From assembly GCA_030295235.1 (NCBI GenBank), contig AP026158.1, positions 372,001 to 436,000 on the forward strand: a stretch of DNA of 64,000 nt, written 5' to 3'. A program made the position numbers and the translations under genes. Origin of the DNA: Fistulifera solaris. Its lineage: Eukaryota. Positions 51,294-63,527 of this stretch are shown in pieces. Numbering within the stretch: position 1 is the stretch's first letter; each line of letters starts with the position of its first letter. The notes below the pieces were generated by a model that saw only the letters and a program-made list of their open reading frames with translations, was not told the origin of the DNA and did no database searches.

Positions 51294-52486
51294 GGTTGAT
51301 AGTCCTTTTAACGCTGGCCAAAGTTTCGCTTTCGTGTGTTTGGATTTATGAAACAAACTGCGCCGCAATCTGCAGCATGCAACCTGTATGCCCACGAAGA
51401 TCTGTAGTCATCTTGAAGTTATTCCAAGGGAGAACTCTATTTTGGCGCGGTTCGGATCGAAGTATGATTTGTAGTGTACGGCGATTTGTAGAAAATACGC
51501 AAGTGAGCCGTTCAATTAATTTCACATATGTTCTTCTGGCGTACTTCAATCACACTGTCTGAAAAGGGCAGTTGACGTGTCGACTTCTACAGATTGAATG
51601 ATAGCAGAATGGTGCCAAAAGAACTCCCCAAGCTCAACTGCGCAATGAGATTTATTATTAGTTTCCCTTTGGTCGTGAGGGCAATTGCAGAAAAGAATTC
51701 ATTGAACTTACTTGAACACTTGAGCGGGACGCTCAAGAGACTTCTTCCCTCTGGAGAGTGGAGAGCGGACAGCCGTACAACGTACAACTCTCGAGACTCG
51801 AGAGACACGAGCTAGAAAGTCGTAGCCTTCATTTCGCATCTTGCTCGACGCTCGACTCGTCACTCGTCACTCCTCACGCATCAAATTACGTAGTACTAAC
51901 TACGGAGTAGTATAGGAGGAGAAGGAGTTGTATGTTACATGTTGTATCCTACATCCTTCATCCTTCATTCTTTCTGTAAAAACTTGATTGCAGCACTTTC
52001 GTTGAAAGTTGAAAGAGTTAGATAGTACTCCAACGAAAAATGTGCCTTGGTTTCAATTATCGCTTGTGGCAGACCTGTGACTGTGACTCGATTTTATTGT
52101 AATCGTTTGAGTACGAAAGCTTTAAGGTTTAAGGCGAGGGAATTTAATACGGAATAGCAGTGTTTGCCACGATTAAAGCAACGATTAGCGCAAAAAGTAG
52201 CAGGGTATCACGGATCACAATATCGATTATCTTAAGTGGCTAATGGCTGTAACAGAAAACGAAATTATTTTAGCACCACAACCCTTTGAGCCTTTGAGTC
52301 TGCAAGCATGAGAAATGAGGAATATATTCTAAACCGGAAGCCTGGAAGCCGTTGAAAAGATATCATTTCTTTTGCTCATTTCAAATATTTTGCCAAGTTC
52401 CTGAGAGAATAGAAGACATAAAAAGTGAAGCGTCGACGTTCATTATTTCAATATTAGTCCGAAATTTGTCCAAAATCTAAACGCTG

Positions 52487-52560
52487 TACTCCCGATGTGG
52501 CTCGAACACACGACCTTGGGTTTATTAGACCCACGCTCTAACCAGCTGAGCTACGGGAGC
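52487..52560 (-). tRNA. tRNA-Ile(AAT)
   Basis: GCTCCCGTAGCTCAGCTGGTTAGAGCG-TGGGT-CTAATAA-ACCCA-AGGTCGTGTGTTCGAGCCACATCGGGAGTA folds as a cloverleaf; A and B boxes present. Confidence 0.93.
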
Positions 52561-52729
52561 TACGTCCTTGGACGGATATCCACAATAGTACACAAATACA
52601 TAGTTACTGGGTACGGGCAGAGATTAAAATGATTTGCAGTGTTTAGAACGGACGAGTACAAGTATGAATCAAAGGAAAAAATGCTGGTATCAAAAACATA
52701 AGGCTACAAATTATTGTTTGTTCTGCTGA

Positions 52730-54001
52730 TTAAGCTGCACTTTGCATTAACTTGATTGTGAGCTCCGATTTTCTGTTCTCCATTTCAACGGTCTCATAGG
52801 TAGTCTCGGAATTTCCCCAAACGGCATTTTGCATGCTACCGCCAACTTGAGCCAAATCGACAGAGTAAGAAGATGAACGGTGAACATGAGTTCTTGGTCG
52901 GTCCAATTTACTGGTGAGCAGATTCGAGCACGACTTGGTCCCGCCTCCTCCTAACTTGCTTCGATATGCCTCAGCCAGCAGCATGGGGTCACTTGGAATC
53001 CTCTTGATTCTCTGTCGAGCTTGCTCAAACATCACCGCATCAATCGCTTCCTTTCGCTTTTCCTTTAACTCTCTTCGGTAAATGAAAGTCTCCAGACCAT
53101 GCAAGGTACTCGAATCGGACTCCTCAAATGCACCTGTTTTCTGTTCACGCAACGCTTGTTTAATGCTGTTCTTCATCCCAGTGTACTCCATATCACTGTA
53201 CCAAACCGAGTTTTTCAATTCCGACTCGCACATCTCGATAGCTTTAACCGACTGTACAGGATTCTCCTCAAACGAAACACACTTTTTCATACCCGAGTTG
53301 CTCTTTTTCCTCTGCAGCGCCTTGGTGGTAAAATTACAATGTGATCGACTCGAGGTAAGTGCGGCTTGCTTGGAGACCATACGCATAAGCGATTGAGAGC
53401 TTCTTTGTGGCTGATCAGCCTCTTTCAACTTGTTTTCCGCAATCTTGCGCCGCAACAGACTTTTCATCGAATCGGCATTGCTCAAGGAGGGAGTTCGCTG
53501 TTGAGAGTCATAACGAGCGAGGCCCTTCATTTCGGGGAGAGGACCGACAACATCCGTCTTTTCATTTTGTGAATCTTGTGAAGGTCGTTTTTGAATAGTA
53601 TGGGAGAACGTATTCTGTGCATTCGGCTGTTGTGAATTTCCTTCTGTTTCGACTCGTTTCGGAACCGCGAGTTGCGCCTGCAAATTCTTCATCAAAGTGC
53701 TTTTCGTTTCGTCGCTCATGGCCCCCAAAGAGCCGTCAATCGATCAGGATTACTATTTACCGGACCTGCTTCGGAACTTTTCATTATGCTTGTTCTCGGC
53801 ACAAAACTGGCATTCGTAGAAGCCGCCGTAGTAACAGAAGCGCCATCGGTGACTGATGAACTTGTCTTTGACAGATCCTCTCGACTGCCCCATTTCTGCT
53901 TCCAAAAACTCTGATAATTTGGAATTAGAAGCCCTGCGGACGCTGGGTGCTGTCTTCGGAGAAGATACACTTTCGACGGTAAGCTTCGTCATGGTCATCA
54001 T
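52730..54001 (-). CDS. RVxF/WY/GLE family protein, paralog 1, long disordered N-terminus; frameshifts near 53865 and 53725
   Basis: KKCVSFEENPVQSV...VWYSDMEY..MK...FEESDSSTLHGLE...DAVMFEQ...LAEAYR. Confidence 0.75.
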
Positions 54002-54313
54002 GGTGAAAATAGGTGGAGAGATTGAGAACGTGGTGCCGTGTACACGAGCCTTTTCGCGGCGATTCCATGAGGCAGGCGGCATGCGTCGATAAGATAGCGG
54101 TGTTCGTAAAAGATACTCCGTGGATCATGACTTGAGACTTGAGACTCTTGATTGATTAATTACTGAAAGAGGCCTGTTCTCTGCCTTGAAAGTATTGTAA
54201 GTAGTGTACTTTGGGACAAAGTGACAGAAAACAGATCGAATCTGGCATCTGGCTTCTGAACACTGAACACATTTGAGACTACGTAGTGGTAGTAGCTTTT
54301 GGATCTTGCCTCA

Positions 54314-54334
54314 TGACTCATGACTCATGACTCA
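54314..54334. promoter_or_regulatory. Three tandem TGACTCA (AP-1/GCN4-type bZIP) motifs
   Basis: tgactca-tgactca-tgactca, about 310 bp upstream of the gene starting at 54001; function unverified. Confidence 0.35.
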
Positions 54335-55059
54335 CTTGCAATAAGCCCAATCTTTTTGCTTTAACTTTTATTAATGTCCCTTAATCGTACAGTATGCCTT
54401 GTGCATTATTATTATTATTTTGCCTTTTCGTCCAGAGTACCGTACCGGTACTCCTCTCAGTAATTTGTGACGTGATTCAGCTATTTCTCCGATCTCATGG
54501 CTAGACCAGATCAACCATCAACCTATAGCATGGAACACTTTTCTGAGCTCATCATTATTGCATTCCTTATGATGAGGAATACAAAATAGAGAGACGAAGA
54601 ACGAGGCTTTACATTTCACTGCGCCCGACCTCTCGAATAGACCGCAGGCATTTTTTTGGAAACCATCCTCAAGCGAAATCTGGCATGGAGTGTAATGTTT
54701 ATGTTGTTTATGTTTGATCCTCGAATAGAAGCATCGAAACCGGAGGAATAGAGCGAAACCAGCCGAATGGAACATAGATCGTTTTCTTCTTTAAACTACC
54801 ACAATCATTAGGTGAGAATGGCTCAAGGAGTGGTTGCATGGTCACCATGAGGGTCAAATTTAACACCAAACGCACGCTTTTCTGAAAACAAGTCGCCGAT
54901 TTTCATGGAACGGCATTGATAACCCCTGTTTCAATTTGGAGCCAGTGGTTGTTAATAAGAAGAGGATTCTTGACGAAGACTCTTGTTACCAATCCATCAT
55001 TCTCATTTGTTGACGCGTCAAGCTCCTTGAGCTATCACAGCAAAGTAGGGCACGTGGGT

Positions 55060-55541
55060 TCACGACAGATAGGAGCAGGAATAGGGTATACACATCCGCT
55101 TGGACGGTACCAGTCGATTCACTTGATCCATCTTTTGCCGATACGTTTCGGCCAGTAACTCGGGTGATTTTGGACCAATCTCCTGTCGCGATTGCTCGGA
55201 AAACACCGCTTCATAAATCTGATTTCGCTTCCATCTCGATTTTTTCGTTCCACCAAAACATCCAGTCCCAGAAACGTCTCTACTTCCGTTTCTTCGAGAG
55301 GGCCGTACAAGCGACTTCGACGAATCAATGCCAAATTGCATTCTTTGATGAACTGAATCTCATGTTCGCTGTACCAGATTCGCGTGGGATATTCTCGCGC
55401 CTCCGTGTCGTCGAACAGAATAACCGACTGTACGGGATTTTCAGAAAAACAAACTCGCTTCTGACAAATTGCTTTACTTTGTTGTAAGGGCTTTTGAAAT
55501 GTTGCCAGGCATCGAAAACGTTTTCGGATTGGAAGAACCAT
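55060..55541 (-). CDS. RVxF/WY/GLE family protein, paralog 2; frameshift near 55240
   Basis: KRVCFSENPVQSV...IWYSEHE..FIK...LEETEVETFLGLD; shifted frame IYEAVFSEQ...LAETYR. Confidence 0.72.
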
Positions 55542-56134
55542 CTCTAAGAGTCTTTCGCAGAGATACAAAGTATAGATTATTGAGCTAAAGCTGGTGAAGC
55601 GTATGCAATGCTAGTCGACATATGTTGCCGAATGCAGAAGTTCGCCTTGTGCCAACCACCAATCATTATTTGCTTTGGCAATTGGCGTTGAAGTGCTTCC
55701 TAGTGACAAATCGGAAGCAGATCGGAAGCCGAAGCTTTTTCCTTTCGCGCATGCAACCTGCGAAAACATGAATGCAATCCAAATGTACATTGGGGCTTAG
55801 TGTCTAGATGTTAGTACCATGGATGTCGGATTTGAATGTGAACGGCGACAGTACCACTAACCAGTGTCGTTCTCCGTACAAGGTGCATCCGATGCCGGTT
55901 GTCTGACCGTCAACTCAAACTTCGTACGACATCATCGATGTCACTTTGATCACGAACGACCTTGCACGAAAAAGAGCTCCATCGAATACAAAGTATTCAT
56001 TCTACTGGTAGACGCGCAGCCCATTTAGAACAGCCAACTATTTGCTTCATGATTTTTCGTTCCTATTATGAGGTTTAGCTATGAGTTAATTTTAAAATAT
56101 GATACATTCAGCTTCGAAAAGATTTTTGGCCGCT

Positions 56135-56659
56135 TCAGGCCACTTGTCTCATTTGCTCTTTGTAGACTTTGGCAATTCGTTCTGCATTCACCGTTTTTCG
56201 TCTGCTGCTGAGTTTTTGTTGTTCTCGCAAGACGGCTCCGTAAATGGTTTCTCGTTTCGTTTGAATTTTATCTCCATCTAACATACTGTCCAGTCCCAAG
56301 AAAGTGTGATCGTCGGACTCTTCAAAGCCACCATTCTCCTTCAAGTACACAATCAACTGGTTGCGTTTCTTAATGAGTTTCATTTCTTCCTTACTGTACC
56401 AGATATCAGTCTTTTGTTCATATAAAGCAACTTTTCGTACATCGGAGACAGGGTCTTCTTCAAAGGAAACCGATCGAACGAGTCGTCGTGTCGATGCTTT
56501 GCGCATGGGTTTGCGCGGGCTCAATTTGCCCCAAAGCGACTTGTTGGTCGTCGTTGATGAAGCTGTGATCGTAGAGGATTCCGAATCATCGGAAGAAATA
56601 CTGTTGGCCATGGAGGGGCGATGAGATATGGAACGCGTCGGGTAGTTGGAGATCGGCAT
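56135..56659 (-). CDS. RVxF/WY/GLE family protein, paralog 3
   Basis: RSVSFEEDPVSDV...IWYSKEE..LIK...FEESDDHTFLGLD...IYGAVLREQ...IAKVYK. Confidence 0.8.
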   Translation of the reverse strand: MPISNYPTRSISHRPSMANSISSDDSESSTITASSTTTNKSLWGKLSPRKPMRKASTRRLVRSVSFEEDPVSDVRKVALYEQKTDIWYSKEEMKLIKKRNQLIVYLKENGGFEESDDHTFLGLDSMLDGDKIQTKRETIYGAVLREQQKLSSRRKTVNAERIAKVYKEQMRQVA

Positions 56660-57241
56660 GTTGGTTGCGAACTGTGTTTTGGTGGCGGCTCGAATCGGAT
56701 TTGTGCGACAATCTTTCTGATGAAGGAGCTTTTGAGCGGGGCACAGGTAAGAATAAATTTAAGCCGACACTTTAAAAATAGGTCCGTAGAACATTCACGG
56801 GAAAACTGTGATGCAATCGAATATTGCATACAAAATTGGCCGAGTTCCCTACTAGATTCTATGGCTTGGTTTTTGAATAAAGTGAACTAAATCATCGATG
56901 TCTTTTACTGTCCCAGTCTAAACAGTAAAATTAATTCGCTCGTTATCTTTGGGGGCTATAGAAAAAACGGGGGCCGCCCAAGCTATCTTTTTCGATAAGA
57001 GTACTTGGTTCCGTATTCAGGAAGATTCGGAACTTTATTCTTCCGAGTTCTCCTCGTTGTTCGGGATTCCGAATATGCCGAACACCGAACTGGGAAACAT
57101 TTTCACGTGTACCTGGTAGTCTTTTAGAAATAGTCACTCTCTCCAAGTACTTCCTTGCAGACACGTGACATTTGGAAGGTCAAGAATGCCTGAACAGAAA
57201 GAGAATACGTCTAAATAAGCAATAAACGGCATGGTTCGAGG

Positions 57242-57430
57242 TATAGTTCGATAAATATCAATATTTGGATGTTTACGAATATCAATATCGTATTATACGA
57301 TATAATGATTGATATTAATACCGGCTACCGTCTGTCTTCGCCCGCAAAATATTGCCATTTTAGCGTAAAATGCCTCAAATCCGTAATATCGATATTCGTT
57401 ATTTGGTATTTGAGACAGTGTCGAACGAAA
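57242..57430 (+). mobile_element. hAT-type MITE, copy 1 (older, internally deleted)
   Basis: Homologous to 57776-58039; decayed TIRs; flanks GTTCGAGG / GTCCAAGG (6/8 match). Confidence 0.72.
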
Positions 57431-57775
57431 GTCCAAGGATCTTGAGGTTTCATTGGATGCTTTGGAGGGCCTGTTATCAAAAATAAGCCCACATCCATCA
57501 AGACCCAGTACGTGTCTTACGTCATACTTTGAAAGGTTCATGTTCGTGGTTTGTTTTTTAAGCCTTTCCTTGGGTTAATTTTGCACGGTTCATCCTTTAT
57601 CCTTTCAATCTTTCGATGGACCGAATTGGATACAAAGTATAGAGAACCAAATGACCAAAGTACAAATACGTAGTATCACACATCACATAGCACATAGCAC
57701 ATAGCTGTATTAGTTGTATGCAAGGGCCCTAAACTCAATGACTCTATGTGTTCTATGTAGACGGGTACAAATACC

Positions 57776-58039
57776 TATAGTTCGACAAATATCGATATTT
57801 CGATTTTTACGAATATCAATATCGTATTATACGATATAATCACCGATATTAATATCGGCGACCGCCTGTCTTCGCCCGCAAAATACAGCCATTTTAGCGT
57901 AAAATGCCACAAACCCGTCTGTCAGGCGTACGAATATCGACAAATATCGATATTGGGAAAAATGGCTCTGATATAATACGTTATTATAACGTGAATATCG
58001 GTATTCGTTATTTGTTATTTTAGAGCGTGTCGAACTATA
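57776..58039 (+). mobile_element. hAT-type MITE, copy 2
   Basis: TIR TATAGTTCGACA...TGTCGAACTATA; perfect 8-bp TSD CAAATACC. Confidence 0.88.
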
Positions 58040-58950
58040 CAAATACCAGCTACGTTTTGTTTTATTTGACATTCGCGGGTCGCGGGGATACACGTGAGTG
58101 CTTGAAATTTCTGGCGAATGGCGAATGAAACGATCATGAATCACGTATATCCTTGAAACACATGGTCGACCCAGAGTGCAACGGAACTTGTTCTCGTGTT
58201 TTTGATTTTTTCCGCGATTCTTGAAAATAAGTTGTATCGAGGTAGTTCAAGTAATAAAGATGTTGCGTTGGCCTACGTCTCATCCCTAACCTTTTCTTAC
58301 TCCATCAGATTTTGACGTCATCTCCACGTCAACCGACACCTGTCTTGCTTTAGTCTTGGAAACACGGGAATAAGCAAAGGTTTTACACTTGCAGGAATCT
58401 TCGTTGTTCCTAGCGAATCCTCCCGGATCCGCCCGTCAAATAGAATGACACATCTTAAGCTCGTAATTTTCGTTTCGTAGTTGCCCTTATCGTAGGGTAG
58501 GTGGCAGTGACAAATAACGAGTTAGTGTAGGAACTATGAGTCTCGCCTTATTGATCCGTTCATGTCAATTGGCTTTGGCCTTCGGACTTGTTTCACGACC
58601 AGCAAGCTACTGATGCTAGGATGAGCGTTACAGCCCATTGACCTATTGATGTATTGATTGCCCACTCTTGATGACTTGTGCCAGCTCTTTGACCATGAAA
58701 GAAAGAGAGTTGCAATTTCTGCCAAATGAGTTTCCCACTTCTTTCCCGACTAGCTACGAATATACTAACATTAAAGAAAACATCGAACACAATCTGGAAA
58801 TAGACGCTTGACCGTACTTTAGAAAATATTACATTGGCTTGAAAAAGTAGATATAAACGAAAAAGTGATCGTTACTTGATCTTGCAAAACGAAAATTTCT
58901 CTAGCAAGGAACTGATGGCGCGTTCACATTCTTGTTACTGTAAAAATAAA

Positions 58951-59433
58951 TTAAAATGTTTCGAAGCAACTCATATCACAATTGATAGGATTGGCTTGTG
59001 GCGCTTGGGAAAAACATTGAAATTGTTGCATCTGCTCTTCTTGCTGACGCCGGATTTGTAGTTGAAGTTGTGCCTTTGCAATTTTTCGTTGCAACTCTTT
59101 GCGAAGATGCTTCTCTAACCCCGAGAAAGTACACTTATCAGACTCCTCAAACGTTCCGTTGAGTCGTTCATTAAATGCTTGCAGAATATCTTTGTGAATG
59201 CTTTGGTAATCTTCGCGAGTATACCAAACATCCGCCTTATTTTCGATGCGTTCGATAAAAAATAACGCCGTCTCATTGTCGTTGAAGGAGACGGATCGCC
59301 TTCGGGTCGTTTTTTGTCGCTTGTGTTGCCTATCCATCAGCTGGTCATTGTGCAAAGCGTATAATTGCAGATATAAAGTCAACGCATGAACGCTATCGGC
59401 TTGACCTTGATTCATTGTCAGTAGCGTATTCAT
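58951..59433 (-). CDS. RVxF/WY/GLE family protein, paralog 4
   Basis: RRSVSFNDN...VWYTREDY..IHK...FEESDKCTFSGLE. Confidence 0.78.
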   Translation of the reverse strand: MNTLLTMNQGQADSVHALTLYLQLYALHNDQLMDRQHKRQKTTRRRSVSFNDNETALFFIERIENKADVWYTREDYQSIHKDILQAFNERLNGTFEESDKCTFSGLEKHLRKELQRKIAKAQLQLQIRRQQEEQMQQFQCFSQAPQANPINCDMSCFETF

Positions 59434-60014
59434 TCTATTTGTTTCTGTTTGAGCTGACGCTTTTTTTGTGATGAAACTTGAGACGCAATCAGGGTGACTT
59501 GAAAGATAACGATGTAATTTTCATCATCTTTCGTCCTCCACGTTCAGAAACGAGAATTACGTGGTGGCGCTTTTGGCATGTCTCGACAAGACGAAGAATA
59601 AAAGAACGAGAGCGACGTGGCGCAAAAACATAATTACGTCGACGACGAAAACTTATTTCACCTAAAAGACGTAGTCAGAGAGTACAGATCGATTGGACGC
59701 GAAGAAAGAAGGTCGGCGGTAGCATTCCAAGTAACACCACATGACGTGGACATTTTGTGTTGAAGTTTCGAATGAATCATATTGAAAAGAATAGGTAGAT
59801 CGGACTCAGTACTAAATATCCCCATCTGTAATCTGTAATTCGATACGACATCCATCTCATCCGTCAAGTCGAGTTCTTTGACTAAAGGTGGCTCTTTGAT
59901 CTTCTTCTGGAGTTTAATTGTCAGGTCTCATGGGTTCCTGCCAGATTTTTTGTTCGAATTCATCCGTTGGATGGAGCAAAACAACTTTCTTTCTTATGTT
60001 ATTGATTATGGGTC

Positions 60015-62588
60015 TTACAAATCCTTCGACATGTGACGCGGTGAATCGGGGTTGATCCCTCTGTTGGTGAAGCATAGAGGATAATTGAGTGTGAGTTAGA
60101 TGATACAATTCCAGGAAGCGATTCCATCAACTATGCGTACCGCACTTTCGCCAACTCGTAAGCCAACAATTGGAGCGGCACGACTGCACCGAGAGCCGTC
60201 AAAGGACCGTTGCTAGGAATAACAATCGGATTGTCATCGAGACCGGCCGCCAATTCCGGCTTGTCCGTAATGACAATGACTTGTCCACCACGCGATTTGA
60301 TTTCCATTCCCGTGTTGCGCACACTTTGGCGGTGTTGATCATCCAAAAGAATCAAGACAACGGGCGTTCCAGCGACATTCTTTTTCTTGGTAGTTTTCAT
60401 TCGTTCCGTCTTCTTGCGTTTCCCTTGAACCATCCGGGTTTTCAGACGTTGACGGTACATGATAGGCGGCTCCACCAGTGCCAAACTTGCATGCTTGAAT
60501 GAAGACGCACTCAAACCTTCAGCATGGAGAGAAGCTAATTCTTGAAATTTGAAAGCTCCCTCACGCGCAACAGGTTCCGCAAATCCTTTTCCAAGAACAA
60601 AGCACGTGTCCGTAAACTCCAGCGCAGCCGCAAGCTCTTTGCATCGTTCGTGTGCTTTAAGTGCCATACCAAATGCCATGGGCAGACGCAACAAACTCTC
60701 TTTGAGTGCCTCCACATCAAGAGTAGCAAGACGAGACTTGGTTGAAGCATCCTCCTCTTCCTTAGTTTGACGAAACCACAAAGCTAGTAACGCCAAAGAG
60801 GTCACCTCGCTGACAAATGACTTTGTACTTACAGCCGAGCGTTCCCGTCCAGCATGACAGTATACACCCACTTTCGTGGTGCGTGCCAGAGTGCTTCCGA
60901 CCGAGTTGGTGACACTTATGCAAGGCACACCCATGCGAGTCAATGCTAGATCACTGACCCGCAAGGCTTCTTTACGTTCACCCGACTCACTGACAACACA
61001 GCAGCCCATAGTATGAACGGGGACATCGTGGGGAAAGTCATGATAGTCGGTATCGACCGCATCTAAAGCACGAACGGTATTCAATGCCGCTATTTGTTTC
61101 ATCAATAACTCTCCGTACCGCGCCGCGTGCAAGCTACTAGAAACTCCACTGAGAATTAAATGCTTGACGTGCTTCCACTGATCACGATGGGCATCCATCC
61201 CACCCAACAAAATTTTCCCCGTCCCACTCAAGCGGCCACCAAATCCCAAGGCTCGACCGATGGCTTCGGGCTGCTCATAAATCTCTTTCAAGGTCCAATC
61301 TGGATACGGTTCTGGAATTGTATTCGCTTGAAAGTCGTCATCTTGGTGGGAATCGTCCAAGGCTTCGACCCGCAAACTACTCCACGACTCGAGAATGGGC
61401 CCACTCGCTCGAATGACGCCCACTTCTCCATCTTTCAAGTCGACAAACGTTTGTGTGAATCGACGAAAGACATTGATTTCGGAGGCCACGTAGGTGACGG
61501 GCTGCGACCGCGTACTGGACGACAATTCGGCACCGCCCGTCGAGGTCATGCCAATGACCAAAGGACTGCCGTGTGCGGCCACGACCAATTCATCCGGTAC
61601 ATCTTGGCACATGACGACAAGTCCCCAAGTTCCATCACATTTGCGCAACGCTTTTTCTGTCGCTGCTTTCAATAGATGAGGAGTCGACGATGGATCGTTT
61701 TGCTTTTGGAGTTTTTGATAATAGTAATCAATCAATTTCGCCATGACTTCTGTATCCGTCTCCGTTTCAAAGACGTGTCCATATCCTTGCAATTGCTTGC
61801 GCAATAGACGAGCATTGTGCAAGACACCATTGTGCACTACGGCAATCTTTCCGGACCGAATTGGATGCGCATTTTGATCCGAACGGGTTCCGTGCGTCGC
61901 CCACCGCGTATGCGCCATCCCGACCGGACCTTTCGCAGCTTGCGAATGTTGTTGCACTAATGCAATAACTTGTTCCGGGCTTAATACCGCATCGCCCGAA
62001 CCGAATTTTGTCATGTTCTGAATTTTGAAGAGCACAACGAAAATGAGTGAGCCAGCAACAAAAAGAGAGGAAATGATAGTACACACACTGGAGACGCACC
62101 ATGGTATGATCTTCCGAGACTGTCACTAAGCCGGCACTATCACATCCCCGTGCTTTTAAAATATCCAAGCCTTCTAGCAAAAAGTTTCTATGCAATTGAG
62201 ATGACAATAAAGGAAAGAGAGTCAGTCAAACTGGAGGTAAAGAAGAATATCGGCGCAAAAATACGTCTCGGGATGACACAAGAATCACACAGATCTCACG
62301 ATACTGCAGACCTTTTGCAGTCCCTGGCAAAAGAAAATGATTCACTTACCTCGCATCGTAGGAACCGGATCCTACGACCGCCGCAATTCCGGAACATTTT
62401 GTTTTGGAGTTTTCGTTGTTTGTTTCCATCGCGGCAATCGCCACCGTAGCCGCTATTGCCGCCGTTCCCCATAATAAACTGTTGTTCGTGTCAAAATTCG
62501 AATTCAATGCAGTGGAAGAAGCGGTTCGTTTCCACAAAAAAGCATATTTTCGGGTCCACATCGTTCGGGAGCGCAGCAAAGGAATCAT
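60015..62588 (-). CDS. GFAT: Glutamine:fructose-6-phosphate amidotransferase (GFAT/GlmS-like), divergent, with N-terminal mitochondrial-like extension; 4 exons (62588-62350, 62187-62100, 62017-60141, 60060-60015)
   Basis: RG.DSAG, HTRWATHG, NAHP, HNG, ETDTEV, KEIYEQPEA, two SIS domains; last exon RGINPDSPRHMSKDL*. Confidence 0.9.
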
Positions 62589-62951
62589 GTTGATTTGTTG
62601 TGTTTTTCGTCCGTCGTTCGTAGAAATCAATCGTTGGAAGCCCTTTCTGAGATCCCTTTCTCTCAATTTAAGACAATAATAGATAAAGTAAAATCAAAAC
62701 AAAGAAAACAAATTGCAGGCGACGGATAATACAATGTTACATTTTGAAATGCAACCAAATGTGCATCTTCGGCCTCGTCGCTCTCATCGAACAAAAATGC
62801 ATACCTGGTATGACCCGCGATCTTTCGTTGAGTCTCATACAAAGTGTACTACGACCATGCCGGGAAGCACAGTTTTGGAGAGACGGCGACACTCTGGGAG
62901 CCTTTGGCTCGTGCGTTCAGTCACGAATGGAAACGGGACGAGGAGCATGAC

Positions 62952-63283
62952 ACTAGTTCGACACCCCGTCAAATTTCAATTACTCCGTACTACCAGTACG
63001 TACGTACTAACGAAAATAATACGAGACACTGTCCACAATATCGATATTTGCCGATATTCGTACGCCTGACAGACGGCTTGAACGCTTTTTAGGCATGAAT
63101 GGGTCATGTCACGGACGAAGACAGACGGTTAAAATATATACTCCGTAGTATAATACGATACTTTATATCCTAATATCTAATATTTATTCCTAATTTCCTA
63201 CAGTCGGAATGTAATTTTGACATTCGACTGAATTTTCCATTTTGTTCGCAAAAATCCAATTATCGAGAATTTGTCGAACTATA
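62952..63283 (-). mobile_element. hAT-type MITE, copy 3 (inverted relative to copy 2)
   Basis: TIR cores TAGTTCGACA / TGTCGAACTA; perfect 8-bp TSD AGCATGAC; internal gatattcgtacgcctgacagacgg is the reverse complement of copy 2 sequence. Confidence 0.85.
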
Positions 63284-63527
63284 AGCATGACTGAGCCGGG
63301 GGTAGTCTAAAGAAAGTAAAAAAAAGAACCTCTTTTGACGAAAAGCCAATGGCGGATAAAACCAACGTCCGCCTACTGCGATTCTTCGCCTTGTACCTCT
63401 TAGTGTTGCAACCAATACGTAGAATGTTACTATCATTTCATAAATAGCTGAGATATAATGGTAGGCTCGGCTAATATGCTTTTACATGCTTGATTCTTAA
63501 AATTGCGAAACATGATTCCACTGCTCA

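Noticed and set aside
57293..58144. Similar small minus-strand ORFs (FYAKMA.FCGRRQ) suggesting a peptide family
   Set aside because: The similarity comes from the non-coding MITE copies.
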